Assembly (NCBI GenBank): GCA_011109175.1
Contig: RDEW01000029.1
Span: 690,402-754,401, forward strand
Length of the DNA: 64,000 nucleotides
Direction: 5' to 3'
Origin: Dicyema japonicum
Taxonomy: Eukaryota > Animalia > Dicyemida
Of this stretch, positions 12,850 to 26,654 are shown piece by piece (position 1 is the first letter of the stretch; every line of letters starts with the position of its first letter). The translations under genes were made by a program, and so were the position numbers. Below the pieces are notes generated by a model, which did not search any database, had not been told where the DNA came from, and saw nothing but the letters and a program-made list of their open reading frames with translations.

Positions 12850-13309
12850 AAATATTAGTATTTTAGAGACAAAATATCTTTTTAGTCACTAATTTCCATG
12901 GGATTTAGTCAGGACGATTCAGAAATCTTGGCTCGTCCGGTGATTTCCAAGGCTTTTGGGCATACCTCCTGCTTTCTTTGAAAAATAACCATGCAATCCG
13001 GAGCTATATAACTCTCCCCATCAAAGCTCCACAAGCCCAAAACAAAGATCAAAAAATTAAGACCAATTATTTTTAATGAACATAATTTACAAAGTAGCAT
13101 AGTTCAAAATGGAATCAAGAGAAGATTGAAGTGTATTATTTACCAACACACCATAGGGGATTCTGAAAAAGGAAGATTGACATTAGATGCTGCATGGAAT
13201 TATAAATAGAGATACTCGACTGTAAGAAAGATTCAAAACGGCCGCAAAATTCAAGGAATTGATATATCAAGAGCCTTTGTTTATATTAATCGACTGAAAC
13301 TCATTAGTC

Positions 13310-14330
13310 GGTCCGGTCTTTGTCTCCCACAAGACTACCGCTCCGTCATTCTGAAATCCTTCTTTTGAACGTCCTCGATTTTCTTAGTGTTCGTCCATGA
13401 TAATGAAAATCTCCACGAAGCACACACATACGAGAAGCATGGTTTGATGTATTGTTTGTAAATGTTCATCAAGACCGGGTGGGTACCTGTCTTCCATATT
13501 CCAGATAAACATTTTAATACATTGATCCTCTTCTCGCACTTCAGAACAATGTTTGCCACGTGTGTAACAAACATAAGTGCGCATCCAATGTCACCCCCAG
13601 GATCTTCTGACATTTGCTAATGGGGATTTCAACGTTTGTCCAATTTTAACTTGACAGTTATTTCCTTAACCTTTTGTCCAAAGAACATAGACGTGACCGA
13701 CTTTCTGGAATTTATCGTGAGTTGAGGCGGTCCAGGTTAATTTGTAATCTTTCTGTAGCATTTTGGATATCCCGATCACGCGAGGCCAAAACAATGTCGT
13801 CCGCATATGAGAGTAGAACATCGTTATTGGGTTCCGGAGTCCAGAGGTCTCCAGGTATAAATTGAATAAGGCGGGGGATAAAGAAGATCCTTGGGGGACA
13901 CCGTTTGGAGAAGACGTGAGACTGATTTCAGTCCTCCGAGGCATACACGTTCCCTTCGTCCACTTAAGAAATTTGTTATCCAAAGTTTAAGCTTCCCCGG
14001 GATCTCGGACTGGAAAATTTTCTTTGATAATATTTCTCTCGAAATAGAATCAAAGGCCTTGTTAATATCAATGGAACATAAGACTGTTTTCAAATGCCTT
14101 GGTTTGTTTGAAAATCCATCTTTAATGAAGTTGGTTAATTTCTGTAAATACGTTGATGTAGAACAATCCCTCTTGAATCCGAGTTGAAAACTCAAAACCT
14201 CTTTATCCAATCCTCCAAGATACGGCCTTGTTTGAAATATAATAGCGTTCCATGGCTATGTTTAATGAGAAAATCCATTCCCATTTCGAGTTTGGCTTCA
14301 TCATTTTTCGGTTGGCATACAGCCATATTT
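13310..14330 (-). mobile_element. LINE RT fragment (I-group/Ingi-like)
   Basis: 'FQLGFK', 'SIDINKAFD', 'NGVPQGSSLSP', YADD; a related 3' piece lies at 55000-55190. Confidence 0.75.
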
Positions 14331-14429
14331 CTTGAAATCGTAGTGAGTCAAACCGTCTTCTATCTCAGGCAGTTCAGGTGGAAAGATTATAACTTATCTG
14401 TTTTTTTCTTTTCGGACATTGTATTAAAA

Positions 14430-15480
14430 TGTATCCATCATCAAGCTGAATATATTGCGTCGTACTTAGAGTCCGCGGAGAAATATCTGATCATACCTGT
14501 GGATACGCCACCCAACTTGATAAAGCTATCACCTGGCGAAATCTCAAATGCAATGGTCAAACTTAAATATGGTCTCTCCCCTGGACCGGATTGAATCAAT
14601 TCAGAAATTCTCAAATACGGACCACCTACACTAGCAGACAAACTGGCAGAACTACTCAACTCTATGTTTATAAAAAAATAGAATACCCGGTCTTGAATCC
14701 GGACTACTAATACCAATACAAAAAAACCTGCTGAAAATCTACGTCCAATAATCTTGCTAACACCTTACAGAAACTTCTGGCATCAGTTACGCTGAACCGA
14801 ATAAGAGAACAAGTGGAAAACTATATATCCCCTAGTCACAGTGGATTCAAAACTGAAAAATCCACTGCGGATGTAGCATGGAGCTAACACCAAGCTCAGA
14901 GTGCGAGTCTGTAAGACGTTATCCAGTGAATTTAAAGTTCAATGTTGGTACTCCTCAGGTAGATTCCCTCTCACCCTTGCTTTTTGTCATATATCTGGAG
15001 GCTGCATTACGAGATCTTCAAAAGTTATATGATGGCAACATCGTCGAAATTGCACATGCCGACGACGTCGACTTTGTGTCAGAAGACAAATCGGCCCTAC
15101 TTCGTTTCCTCGAGGTTGCAACTGCTGAGCTGAACCGATGGTTATTTGGAATGAACACCGCAAAAACTGACACTGTGGAAATCAGGAGAATAAAAACCAG
15201 ATCAAGTGAAACATGGCTCTTTACTTGGAGACAGTCAAGATATTGCAAAAAGGAAGGCCCTCGCTTGGTAACAATGAACAAGTTGAATAAAGAGTGGATT
15301 GGCAAACGACGATCCTGCACATCACTTCGCTTGAGACTGTATGAAGCCTTTGTCAAACCGATCTTAATTTACAATTCATCGACATGAGGAACGTCCAAAA
15401 CCGAACAACTTGGACTCGACACTTACCATCGAAGACAACTTATATCTCTACTAGGACTAAACTGACCAGCATCTGATTCC
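14430..15480 (+). mobile_element. degraded RTE-type RT fragment
   Basis: 'SPGPD', 'VGTPQVDSLSP', 'HADDVDF', 'LRLRLYEAFVKP'; close relative of the 3314 ORF. Confidence 0.8.
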
Positions 15481-15919
15481 TTAGACGACGCAGGAATTCG
15501 AGCTTCGAAGACGCAACTCCGAGTTGAACAAACAACATCTTACGACATTATTATATCGTTTTGTTCTATCGGCCTTCTCGGTGCCGAGTGGCTCTTGAGG
15601 CACTTTGAAATAGGTGGTAAAGCTACCTACATTTTGGTAGTTTCTTGAACTGCGGACAACTTGTGTAGGGAAGATAGGGAGATAGTTAATTACCATGCAA
15701 CACTAGGAGAGTAAGAGACATTCAAGATTGCTAATTCTTGATTAATTTCACGAAAACTTCCTTAATTAGAGGATTATCAGATGGGATCGTTTCCAAAGAG
15801 TTGTTTTGGTAAAATTTGTTAAAAAACATACTCTCAAGAGTTTTCTTCAAAACAAGAAGATTGTCTTTCGCTCATATTTCATTGACTCTGCATACTTAGC
15901 AGAATGAGATGTTTTTATT

Positions 15920-18217
15920 TATTTATTTATTTTAATAACCCGGGAACACCGAGAAAGAAAGACAAAAGAGTCAAACAGTTAGGTGATCCCAGTCCTCGCA
16001 ATCACTTGTGCCATTCGACGTCTGTGATCTTCCATCGTCCCCACTACTTTCCGGAAAGCCTCTCTCGTCTGCAGAGGAATCCGATCGGGAGGGGAATTTC
16101 TTATCCAATCGGTTTTCTCTTGCCATGGGAAGGATCAGGCGAAGCGGATTTTTATCTTCTTCACAGACGCGAGAAATCCGGAGCCACGACTACGGATCTT
16201 AGCTTCCATGAGTAGTGGGTCGACTGTTGATCCATTACGTTGGCCTTGGAACGACGGTCCGACGTGAATGTGGAACAGATAGACTTGGTTGCAGAAATCG
16301 TTAGTCGATTGCCAACAATCCAATCGTGGAGAGTGTTCAATTTTGTCTGAGTTTTAAGGATGCGACTTGCGTCAAGCGGTTCCGTATTGCAATGACTACA
16401 TCGTCTGCGTAGGATAATAGCAGGGAATCTTCGTCTCTTTAGGTAGTCGTGTAGGAATAGGTTGAATAGAATTGGTGAAAGTGGAGACCCCTGGGGTACC
16501 CCGTTCGGTAGTAAATCGTGATCTAGATCTGAGATCACACTAACTACTCTTCCACGTCTTCCAGACAAAAGTTGGCAGCCATAATTTCACATTCGACGAA
16601 TATTAGTAGAAATATTTTTCCAACCAGGATTTTCCTCGAAACAGTGTCAAAGGCTTTGTTGATGTCAATAGAAACCAAGATGTGCGTTTGTGAGGCGGAG
16701 GATGGGTGTTAAAACCGTCGGCAATGAACTGCGATAAAGTTGCCAAGTATGTAGCGGTGGACGTACCGCGGAGGAAACCATGTTGAAATATAGGACGCGG
16801 AAGATACGAAATAATGACTGATAATACAAGTTTCTCCATAATTTTTTGGCAGTGTGCTGGTAACGGAAATAGGCCTGTAGGATGCAGGTTCTGTCTCTGG
16901 TTTCCCAGCTTCAATATCGGTCTGATGATAGAATTCTTCCAAATTTGGAATAATATTATAGTTATGGACAGGTTGTATATATGCGTGAGGTAGCCAATTG
17001 CGTAGTGGCTTAGGTGTTTTTGGTGAATAGAAGATACTTTGTCAGGCCCGCACGCCCGTGAGCTCTTTAATCTGGTATCACATCCAAGACTTGGTCATCT
17101 GTGAATAGTTCGTGGTAAGGTTCCTTCTTCGGTTTATGGGCACGCACCTTAATGTCCAGGTGTTTCGAGAATGGTTTGAAGCTAATTCCAGCGTAATGTT
17201 TCATAAGGGTGTTAGGATGTAGGTGGCATAAGTGTTCAGGAGAAGACTTTCCGGTTCCGTCTGCATCATCCAGCTCCGACTTGACTTGTTTAAGAGTTTT
17301 CCAGAAATGTCGGGATGTACTTTTCTTGTCGAGGTGGTTAAAAAGATGCTGGCATCTCTTGTCCTTGTGTTCTTTTGCTCTGACAGATCCTTTTAGTAAA
17401 AGACGTTCCAGGAAATGAGTCCAGCCAGAGAAGGTGAGCATAGTGTTAAGTCGGGGGATGTGCAGCTATCAGTCATCCTTAATGGGGTCCTCGTATTTGA
17501 GTTAGGGTTGTTCAGTATAATCCGGTCAGGAAGATAATTTGCAATGAGTTCTCCTCGGTTATCAGAGGATTGGGAAGTGAGCCAAACTGGATGTCGTGCA
17601 TTAAGATCCCCACACAACAGTAGATTTTTCAATGTTGAAATGCGTGATAAATCAGGGGTGTAAGATGACGGACACGATCCTTGTGGAGGAATATATAAAT
17701 TAGCCAAATGGATCTAAAAGGACGGGAATAACTCGATTTTGACAGTAATCTGCTCCAAAATCTTGTCGTAGCCAAGAAGCTCTGAGGTTCGTTGAGTTGT
17801 ATCCATAAAAGGAATATCGTTCTTTATAATAGTAAGTAGTCCTCCTCCGCGTCCTCCCTGACGATCTTTACGGATCACTGTGTATCCGGGAAAAGAAGGT
17901 GTTGGTATGGAGGGAGATAGCTTGGACTCCTGTATTAAAGCGAGGTCAGCCTCATTTTTGCGGAGGAGTGCCCGGAGTTCAAAGATTTTCTTCCTGATCT
18001 CATTCGTATTCAGTTGTATAATTGTAAAACCTCTCCATGGACCAGGATTGGTTTCGACGTCCCCACATAGAAGAATCAAAAGTCTGGATAAATGGGGACA
18101 CCAGACAGGGTCGAAGACACAGGAGATGAGAGGAGGGGAGAAGCTGTTGGCTCTTTTCGTTCCATTTTGGAATGGGTGACACCGTTTCTGGTGAGCCACA
18201 TGACACCACGCTAACAT
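15920..18217 (-). mobile_element. Ingi/Vingi-like LINE: 2A peptide + APE + RT, frameshifted, internally deleted
   Basis: GDVETNPGP followed directly by APE (QLNTN, IQES, GGGL, GDLNA, SPDLTL) and then RT (FQHGF, KAFD, PQGS); (TAAA)n tail near 15915-15932. Confidence 0.85.
18038..18097 (-). other. 2A-like StopGo peptide (SRLLILLCGDVETNPG|P)
   Basis: Exact D(V/I)ExNPGP consensus with an upstream leucine-rich tract, immediately N-terminal to APE. Confidence 0.85.
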
Positions 18218-18354
18218 TCCTGTGTTTAAGTAATGTCTGAATGAGATGTTACTAGACTGAGAGGCGGTTAGATGTCAATCAGTCGCACGAATTGTCTAGC
18301 TTCTTTTAAACCTTGGGAGCAGTTTCTTGTTGCGAATTAATTTGCTAAAATAAT

Positions 18355-19200
18355 TTATTTATTTATTAACCCGGAGATCACCGAGAATGAATGATGAAAG
18401 TAAAGTCAACTTTTGGTGATCACAGTTCCCACAACCAAACGTGCCATCCTAAGCCTGTGCGTCTCCATTATTCCCACTGTCAAACAGAAATGCCTTCTTT
18501 GATCCTTGCAGAGGAAGCCAATTGGGGAGGAAATTTCTTAGCCAACCGATCTTCTTTTGCGTGGAACAGTGAGAGGCTTAGTGGGTGTCCATCTTCGTCG
18601 CAAATGCGGAGAAATCCAGAACCAAATCTACGAGTTCTAGATTCCGTTAGTAGGGAAGGCATTTTTGTTCCACATTGTGGTCCCTGCATACGTATTGTTT
18701 TTTCTTATTATTAGTATTAAGGCACTTGCACGAAAGCCATAATGTTTATAGTGGGCATGTGCAACACTCAGAAACAATATTTATAATTAATTTTTTCCAT
18801 CTTCTTCTGTCGAATCCTAGTCATCTCAATTCGTCCAGGTATTCCCCCGTCTTTAAATTTTTTCCCATACGATTTAGATCTTTATTTAAGGCAGTCAGAA
18901 CTATCGATCTAGGTCGTCCGCGGAAGAGTTTGTCGCAATGTCAAAGGAATCTTCCATCGCTTTGATACCGGCTGAGTCCGTGTTCATTCTTACTAAATGC
19001 CCAAATAGCCTCCACGAGCATCTATCACATTCTTGCTGATGTATGAACACATATACTTGTTATAAACACCAGTGGTTGATATTCTCGTGGCCACTCCATT
19101 CCGAGTAAGCTTCTTAGTTGCCTTCTATAGAACGAATCCAGTTTCGATAGTTCGTTAAAGGAACTTCCCCAGGTCCCAGCGTTGTACCGGATGCTCTGAC
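18355..19200 (-). mobile_element. two LINE 3'-end fragments (Ingi-like 18355-18650; RTE 18700-19200)
   Basis: The first resembles the 15920-16210 3' end with a (TAAA)n tail. The second encodes 'FRGRPR' and 'SFYRRQLRSLLG'-like RTE C-terminus. Confidence 0.55.
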
Positions 19201-19219
19201 TTTAGTAATTAATATATTC

Positions 19220-21200
19220 GGTAATTTAGACGAATACAGCAGATTATTCGATGAGGTTGGTGGACTCATACGATCGTTGTGTCTTCATGGTTTGTGCTTG
19301 AATTATTTTGCTAGGAAGTTTCCTCTAAATTTAAACGTGTTATTTGAGGAAGCTTTTCTACGGAAATTGGTATTTGTTTACATTATGTGATCAGTCGGAA
19401 TGTGCCTGAAAGGATTACAAAAACTACTGCCATCGTCCATAGCCAGTTGTATATTCGACTATGGTACACCAAAAGATCAAACTTTGAGATAATCACCCAC
19501 AAAAAAACGAATGGAGTCGATTTAGACATTTTTGGCTGAAATTTGTGGCTTTTTAATAAACTACAAAAAAATTGTCGGTTTATTATTTTGCAGAGAAAAC
19601 GAAGTGTGAAATCTTCTGTTCCCAAACGACCGCGTGACAATTCTGTAAATTTGTTATATTACTGAAGGATTAAGAGTTTTCAAAAGCCATGAGACTGACA
19701 AATTATATAGGAATTAGTGGCCTTCTGTCAATCACATGCTATTCTGACAACTGCATTCTCTCTCACTGGTTGCTAGACACTTTATTAGTTTTACTCTTAG
19801 TATATGAGGTAATATGAATGTTTAATATTAGAATTTAAAATTGCAGAATTCGGGGAGATTTTGTATCACATTGCTCGATGTTATTAAATATTACTGTAGA
19901 AAGTCATCTCTAATAGAGTATGTCCACAACTATTTGAAAGATGATCCTTGATTGGAGTTTGACTTTGCCTCTTATCACTTTCGTTGTTTGTGTTATCTTT
20001 CTAGATGTATTGGAATCTATTGAATGTACTTACTTTTGTCCAACACCCCAAATATTTACTGGTTAAAGGTTAACTGCTAATTCATTTTGAGGAATAATGA
20101 ATTATCGGGACAGTCAATTCTACGCATATGATACGTTTGTGACTCCAGAATTGGTGATGATGCAAAACTGACTTCTACGTAAATGTTTATTGGTCTCCTC
20201 TCCTTTACGAAATGCCGGTAATGGACAGTTATTATATAAAACATCGGCTGACATGTACTCCACGTGGAATTGTGGATATGTTATGTTCCGTTTACCCTCA
20301 TTTCCTCACGTGGCATTGGTAGTCGATACCATTTTCAACCGATGAGACATCTCTACACTCAGGCGTGTGATTGTAGTTGTTGTGATGATTCTCTATTGAT
20401 TGTTGATAATTTAATTCTTATATATTAATTGCAGTCATCTATTGAGGATTTGTTTAGGCGGGAAATTAAATTTGTTTGTTGTGGTGTTATTTTAGTATTG
20501 TTCTGTTTTTCTCAGAGACAATTCACACCTGATTATTGTTTGCATCTAAACAACTTTCGGTTGATCAAAGAGTTCTTTTCTTCATTCTCCTTGAATGACC
20601 CTCCTCGTTTATTATCGACCCAATTTTACATAGACCACGTGTACTATGAGTTGATGAAAATTATTGATATGATAATTAATAAGCTGTATAAGTTCAATGG
20701 TGAATATGTATGTAAATGTTAGATGTACAAACTCACAAATTGATGTGTTATTTGTTGGGACCCCGACTTGATGATTATGAAGTGATTAATGAAGTGCTAA
20801 TATGGTATGGAGTTGATTTAAGATATGAAAAGACAGTGGGAACATCAAGTATTATTTTATTTAATATGATGGTCTTTCTAAATTTCCACCAATATCTGAT
20901 GTAATGCAGACTATTGCCCAGACATCACTTGACTTTGCACATTTTATATTTCAAGGTTCACTACTCATTAATTTTAATAAATACTGGTTATTTGTAAGGA
21001 ATTTGTAAGAATACCCTCATAGTCCTTTAAACAAATTATAATGCTATCTTATTTTGTATGTCTGTTCGATAATATAATCGTTCATGTTTTGAAGGAAAAT
21101 AATCAATCTCAGCGACAGATTCTTAGAAATTATTGCAAAATTATTAATCGTTTAGGTACAATCTTTCGATTCAAACAATATTACTTATTTTTGTGACAGG
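19220..21200 (+). pseudogene. unidentified multi-exon host gene remnant
   Basis: Several 20-25 nt GT..AG segments (e.g. gtaatatgaatgtttaatattag, gtttgtgcttgaattattttgctag) between short frames containing stops; no product recognised. Confidence 0.3.
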
Positions 21201-21399
21201 GACACGAACAATCAAATTAGGATCAATAATTCATACTTAGCTTTTACCACCTATGTCAAAATGATTCAAAATGNGTTGGAACTCGGGAGGAACACCAAGC
21301 AAAATGAGATGGCTATTCGAGGCGCCGGAATTACCAGACGGCTATGTAGTTATTTAATTTGTCGGTGATTTTTGGCTATTAATAATAATAATAATTCCA

Positions 21400-21880
21400 G
21401 ATCGATGGTAACCCCTCTCATTCTATTAGAAGAGTGTGCTAACAACTCTCTCTTATTCCTCATCTCTACATCAGAGTCATTCGAAATGTCTCTGTTGGAG
21501 ATCAGTATGATGTCCTCACGGCATGCCATTTCTACAAGTTGGGAAATAGGAGAGGAGTACTCTTCATCGTATACCTTCATCCCATGCTTATGTTCAATGA
21601 ACATACTTTCAAGCGTTCTCTTCAGAACAACCGATTTTATGTATGTCCTCTTTTATTCTTCAATAGATAATTTATCCATATGATTGTTGAAACATCCTTA
21701 GACAACTCCATCCTATGTCAAAACCATTGGAATAATCTTCACTTGTCATTCATAGAGCAGCGAAAGTTCGTTTTAAAGCAAGTCATATTTGTGAAGTTTC
21801 TCAAACTTCAACTTGCTGTAGTCGGTCTTGTGAAGTAATTCACTTCGATTAAGGATACTTCGTTCTTTTTTTTGTCGTAA
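21400..21880 (-). mobile_element. R4/Dong-like RLE C-terminal fragment
   Basis: 'LIEV.ITSQDRLQQVE..EKLHKYDLL.NEL...KIIPMVLT*DGVV'. Confidence 0.65.
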
Positions 21881-22019
21881 AAATATCAGATTTACTGAAT
21901 TGGACTTTTGTTACTGTCATAATCGACGTGTCAACTCTGATTTCGACATTTTGAGTCGTCAATTGGATAATTCTTTTAGAAAAATAATCAGTTAATTTAT
22001 CCCCAGTAAAGCATATTTA

Positions 22020-23255
22020 AAACTGCCATCTATCCAAAGTGGACCCCGCCGACATTATCGACGTTGCGTTGCCTCTCACGATTGCAACAGAGATCAACTG
22101 GAGTAGCCACCGGGGTCTCACGTGCGTCGTGGCTTTTTAGTGTAGCTAAGCGTCCAAGCGAAGCGATTTTCCACTTATTCCTCCAGTTGTCTCGACCACT
22201 ATCGGATAAAACGCGAATCGGTCGCGTAGCGCTTCGTACTTCTTCTCCTTTGCCATCATCGTTTTTTCCGCGGAATACAGTGTGTCTACCGCGCTCCCGA
22301 CAATGTTGGACGGGCAAAGCGTGTCGACACAAGTAGCGTCCCAGACCAAAGGTTTTCCCTCTTCGAATGGGAAAATTGTGATCCCGTCAGGACGTTTTCC
22401 GTCTCCTCTGTCCACACCAACAGGTTCTAGTATGGCTGGGTATCCCGAGACTCCAGGGCTCGCTTGACAATTCCGTTGATCGCCTTGTGTCTTGGGAATC
22501 GTCCTGCACTCCTTCGACAAGAGAGGGCATGGAGTCCATAACAATCGACGGTTGCGCCACATCGGCATTTGTTGGTCCGGCAAATCTCCAGTCCAAGTCT
22601 GGTGGAGATGCCGATGCGGACAGTATCGTCGTCAAGATGGGTCCCGACACTGCCAACTGGGAGTGCATTGATCCATGCGCCACTCGATTCGCATCTTCCA
22701 GTGACTAGACATGCACGTCTGTGTTGGTTTGATTGGTTCAGAAGCCTCTCATATTTATCCTCGCAGATGGTCCTGTAACGATCTTTCTGCTCAGGCATCA
22801 TCCCCCTTCAAATGCTCCATCTCTGTGATTTCAGATGATTCTGTTTTGGAGTTGGAGAATCATCCTGACCAGCAATCGGCTGGAGCCCAAAGAGGATAGA
22901 TAAGCAGGGCAAGCAAGATCTTTCGTTTAAGGGATTCCCAGTCCGCCCAGGCTAACGGGTAGGGTCGCTTGGTCCCACCCTTGGTCGTCAAATTTCACAT
23001 TTGTGATACGTTCAATAGTACTCCGGAAGAGGGAATCGATAGCATCGAGCTGTTGCATTTTCAAATAGCAGGTGCCCCCCGAAGAACGTAGTTCAGTTTC
23101 TGTGTTGATAAGGCGTTTCTCAAGAGGAATAGGGAGGTGTGTGCGTCCAGCATCTCCAGACGTCTGAATGTTGTTTTTAGTTGATGTTCTTTTGTTCTTA
23201 GAGTGTTACTGATTCCAGCATCAGTAAGAGGGCATCCAAGTATTTCCAGTCGTCA
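22020..23255 (-). mobile_element. CRE-clade non-LTR retrotransposon 3' half (zinc finger + RLE)
   Basis: 'SGAWINALP...RLG..C.CG..VD..GLHALSC...RH..IN...EP.G..RGDGKRPDG...WDATCVDT...K..KY...PIVVET.G'. Confidence 0.85.
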
Positions 23256-23865
23256 ATAATAACTGAATCGAATTTCCTTTCAATTTTTTGCTTCTTTTGA
23301 TTTAAATTAAATATAATTATTAATTTTTATTTAATTTTAACAAATAATCCTGTCTCATTTTTGTCTCAGGTAAAAAAAAAAATTTGCCGCGTGGCTCCAT
23401 GTGGTGCTGCGTTGTTAATTGGTTTAATTTTTCTGCTTGCTAGTCTGTCCCCTCTCTCTTCCTAATAGAGTGGCGTCATGTGATCCACCTGTCTAGGTGA
23501 CGCCCAGTGCCAGGCCGGCATGTAAAAGGATCATTTGCTCTTCCCCAATCCACTGGAGGGGTTTTCACAACTGCATGTAATGGACGACTTACCCTTTATG
23601 CTGATTCCGGATGGACTCTGTTTCTGTAGAAGTTGAAACTGGATACACTTAATTAGTTGTTTACTTTAACTTTTTTCTCGGTGTATCCGGGGTAAATATA
23701 TAAATAATTTTGTCTCAGGTAATTTTGGTACAACATCATTGTCTTAGTTGTGTTTCAAAATTATATCATATTAACATATTTTTAGACATATTAGATATTA
23801 TTGTAAAATTAATTAAATTGAAATAAATTTTAATTTTCGTAACTATAAATATTTAATCTTTGTAA

Positions 23866-24912
23866 TTGTTAATGTCCCGAAATTTGTCTCATGAAAATAG
23901 GCGTTTTATTATTAATGTGTATTCCAATGGATCCACAGCTAAGTCAATTACCGAAAACCTATGTATCTCTGCGAAAACTGTTTATCGAATTATTGGAGAC
24001 TTCAAAGATTCAAAAAAAGTAATTCAAAAGGCGGTCCTCGAAATATAAAAATCACTATAGAAATTTCTCTGTTTACAAATAATGAAATATCGGATTCGTG
24101 TGATATTTCTTGTAAAGAAATAAACTCGAAAATATTTGCTAAATTTGGTTTAACGATCGGAACATCAGCGATCCATTATCATTTAATTCAACTTATTCAA
24201 GAACGAAGAATATCACTGATGTGGCTGCTTTACGTAAACAATATGCCAAAGAATTTATTGGCAAACTATCCACTACTCTAGAATACAAAATTTTTTTTGT
24301 GGATAAAGTTCGTTTATTACTTTATAATTTTAGGTTGGATTCAATGTATCAATGAGGAACAACTACGGGAAAGCAAAAAAGGGCCAAACGCACACTCTAG
24401 TGGTTAAATCAATCAGATCAAGGAATATTAGTGTGTGCTGTGCAATTTCAAAGTCGGGGATCATATTTTACAAAATTTCAATGAAGCCATATACACGGAA
24501 AAGGATATATAAATGATCTTTTCGAATATTTGGTAAATGAAAAAAATTTAAAAAATATTATGGTGATCTTGATAATGTTCCATTTCTGAAAAAGTGCTTT
24601 GATAAAGGAAAAATTGATAAAACAATAACCAACTGAAATTATTGCCTCCTTATTCTCTTTTTGAATCCTATTGAGGAATATATTCTCTAAGTGGAAAAAA
24701 TAGTGAAAAATCTAAAGTCAACAAGCGAAGAAATGCTTTTCTCTGAAATAGAAGATGCAGTCAAGACGATTTTAAGATGATTGCAAATCATTTTACATGA
24801 AAATGATGGGTGAAATAAATAGACTAATCTTAACTAAAGAAATTCTCACTTTGATGTGAATGATTCTCATTTTGATGTGAACAAGTTGTCACTTTGAATT
24901 GAAAACCCTGTA
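23866..24912 (+). mobile_element. IS630/Tc1-mariner family transposase remnant with a 26-nt intron (24308-24333)
   Basis: HTH N-terminus; FVD[K]|VGFNVSMR after splicing; DNVPF; 'LLPPYS.LNPIEE'; right end ...AAAACCCTG|TA at about 24910. Confidence 0.75.
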
Positions 24913-25998
24913 TATTAGTCAATTTTGTAACGCAGTTTTGAATGCCGTTGCTATGACGTTATCAGTTTCTTCCATTTCTCTTTGTCTATTCCAATCCGTT
25001 AGTTCATCGGATTCTTCCCATTGACATCCTTCCAAACCTGTCGGAGTTGATAAATTAGGATGACGGGAGAGTAAGTCATGGCAGTCTCCGGAAGCAAAGA
25101 GCTTCGTGTGTCATCCAATCTCTTGTAATCATGTATGAGTATATGTTGCTTCTATACATTCCATAATGTCGTCATGAGGATATTCCTAAATCATTTGTTA
25201 TCTACGAAATGTGTTTAAGTCCAAATTTGACCTAGCTTACGTACTGAATTATAGTGTATCACTGATTTATCTAATTAGTCATAAGAAAAGATTTATGCAT
25301 CCTAACAATCATCAAAGCTGTTCCGAGATACTTCAGGAATTCCATACTATCGATTCCACATAGGGAGCCTTGCTGATTCCCTTTCCATTTCCGCAGAAGA
25401 ATCTTGCATTAGATTTTTACTGACAACTTTTCCTTGGAGACCAAACGAGACTCATTTTGTCGAATTCAGTAACAAATTTCATTTTCTTGGAAATAATCAT
25501 AAAAGTCGATATCAGTAAAATTAAAAAATCAATAATTAAAAATCCTAAGCACAATTTAGCGATAGGTTGAGATCCACTGGTTTATACAATAATTGTATAA
25601 AGTATCTGACATAAAAATTTTCAAGCCTAGATAAAAAAGTAATTCTTGCAGTTGTAGTGGAATGGGGGAGACCCATGATCATTTTAATAATAATAGTAAT
25701 AATTTTCGCGTCACCCTGGCAGATGAGAAAAGTGGATTAAATGGGACTATTCTAATAAAGCTGAATAAAAGAAAGAACAGAAGAATAGAAAAGAAATCTG
25801 AACAAATTGCCAATGGAAAAAATCTAATCAACAGATTATTGTTTATGATGACATGAGAAGTACTAACTGACAACAAACTCAGCTTTATTTACTAGACAAA
25901 TAATTTATTTAATATCTAGTATCACCGACAAAATTTATTTATTTAACAACCTAAGACCACGGTAAACCAAACTAATTATCACGTGATTCAATGCATTC

Positions 25999-26654
25999 CN
26001 CATACTCTGGATGTCGACTCCCAAAGAGCGGGGTCATGGCCTGGAGACAGGAAAATTCATTTCCATCCAAATACTTCCAGCTGTGAACCATAATCAGGCC
26101 CAAAGTGACAAACACTGACTCAACAAGGGCCAATTCTGTTGGATACTTCCTCAGCAGTTTGTTCACGGCTCGCATTACTTTCGGGAAAAATGGCCCAAAC
26201 TCGTCCACCAGGTCCCTGGATAGTCCAAGGAGACATCTATAAGTGAATTTTGAGAAAATACTCTAATATGTGGTCAACCGACTGGATGTCCGAATCTGAC
26301 AGACTTTCTGACACGTGTTTTACCAGTTTATTCTTAATTCGATTAAATGAAGTACCTTGTTCAGGAGAAGAAGGGGTAACTGCAAGAGAAGGGAAATATT
26401 TGGGAGTGGAAGAGTTCTAAGAAATAAATGAGTTAAATACCAAAGGATTGTCCGCTTGGAAGTTCATTTGATAGGGCTGATTCGAGGAACGTGTTTTTAT
26501 CCTTGAAATAAAAAGAATTTATACATTTGGAAGTTCAAGTTAACGTATTGGTCGCTTACCTATCCTCAATTCGAGTTGGGAGACACGTTTGGAATGTTTA
26601 ATAAACTCAAATGACTTGTGATATTACCTTTAGTCGTTCTTTTTCCAGACTCAT
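25999..26654 (-). pseudogene. UTP20: UTP20-like N-terminal exons, disabled; cut by assembly join at 26000
   Basis: Spliced 'MSLEKERLK|FIKHSKRVSQL...CLLGLSRDLVDEFGPFFPKVM...ALVESVFVTLGL' resembles the UTP20 'LARDL..xFxPxF' region; four 22-25 nt introns plus a possible fifth; in-frame TAA at 26540-26542 and a probable frameshift. Confidence 0.55.

Noticed and set aside
23380-23640. GC-richer stretch resembling a LINE 5' UTR or ribozyme (similar impression at 8490-8600 and 5940-6170)
   Set aside because: No complete ribozyme fold or second copy could be identified by eye.
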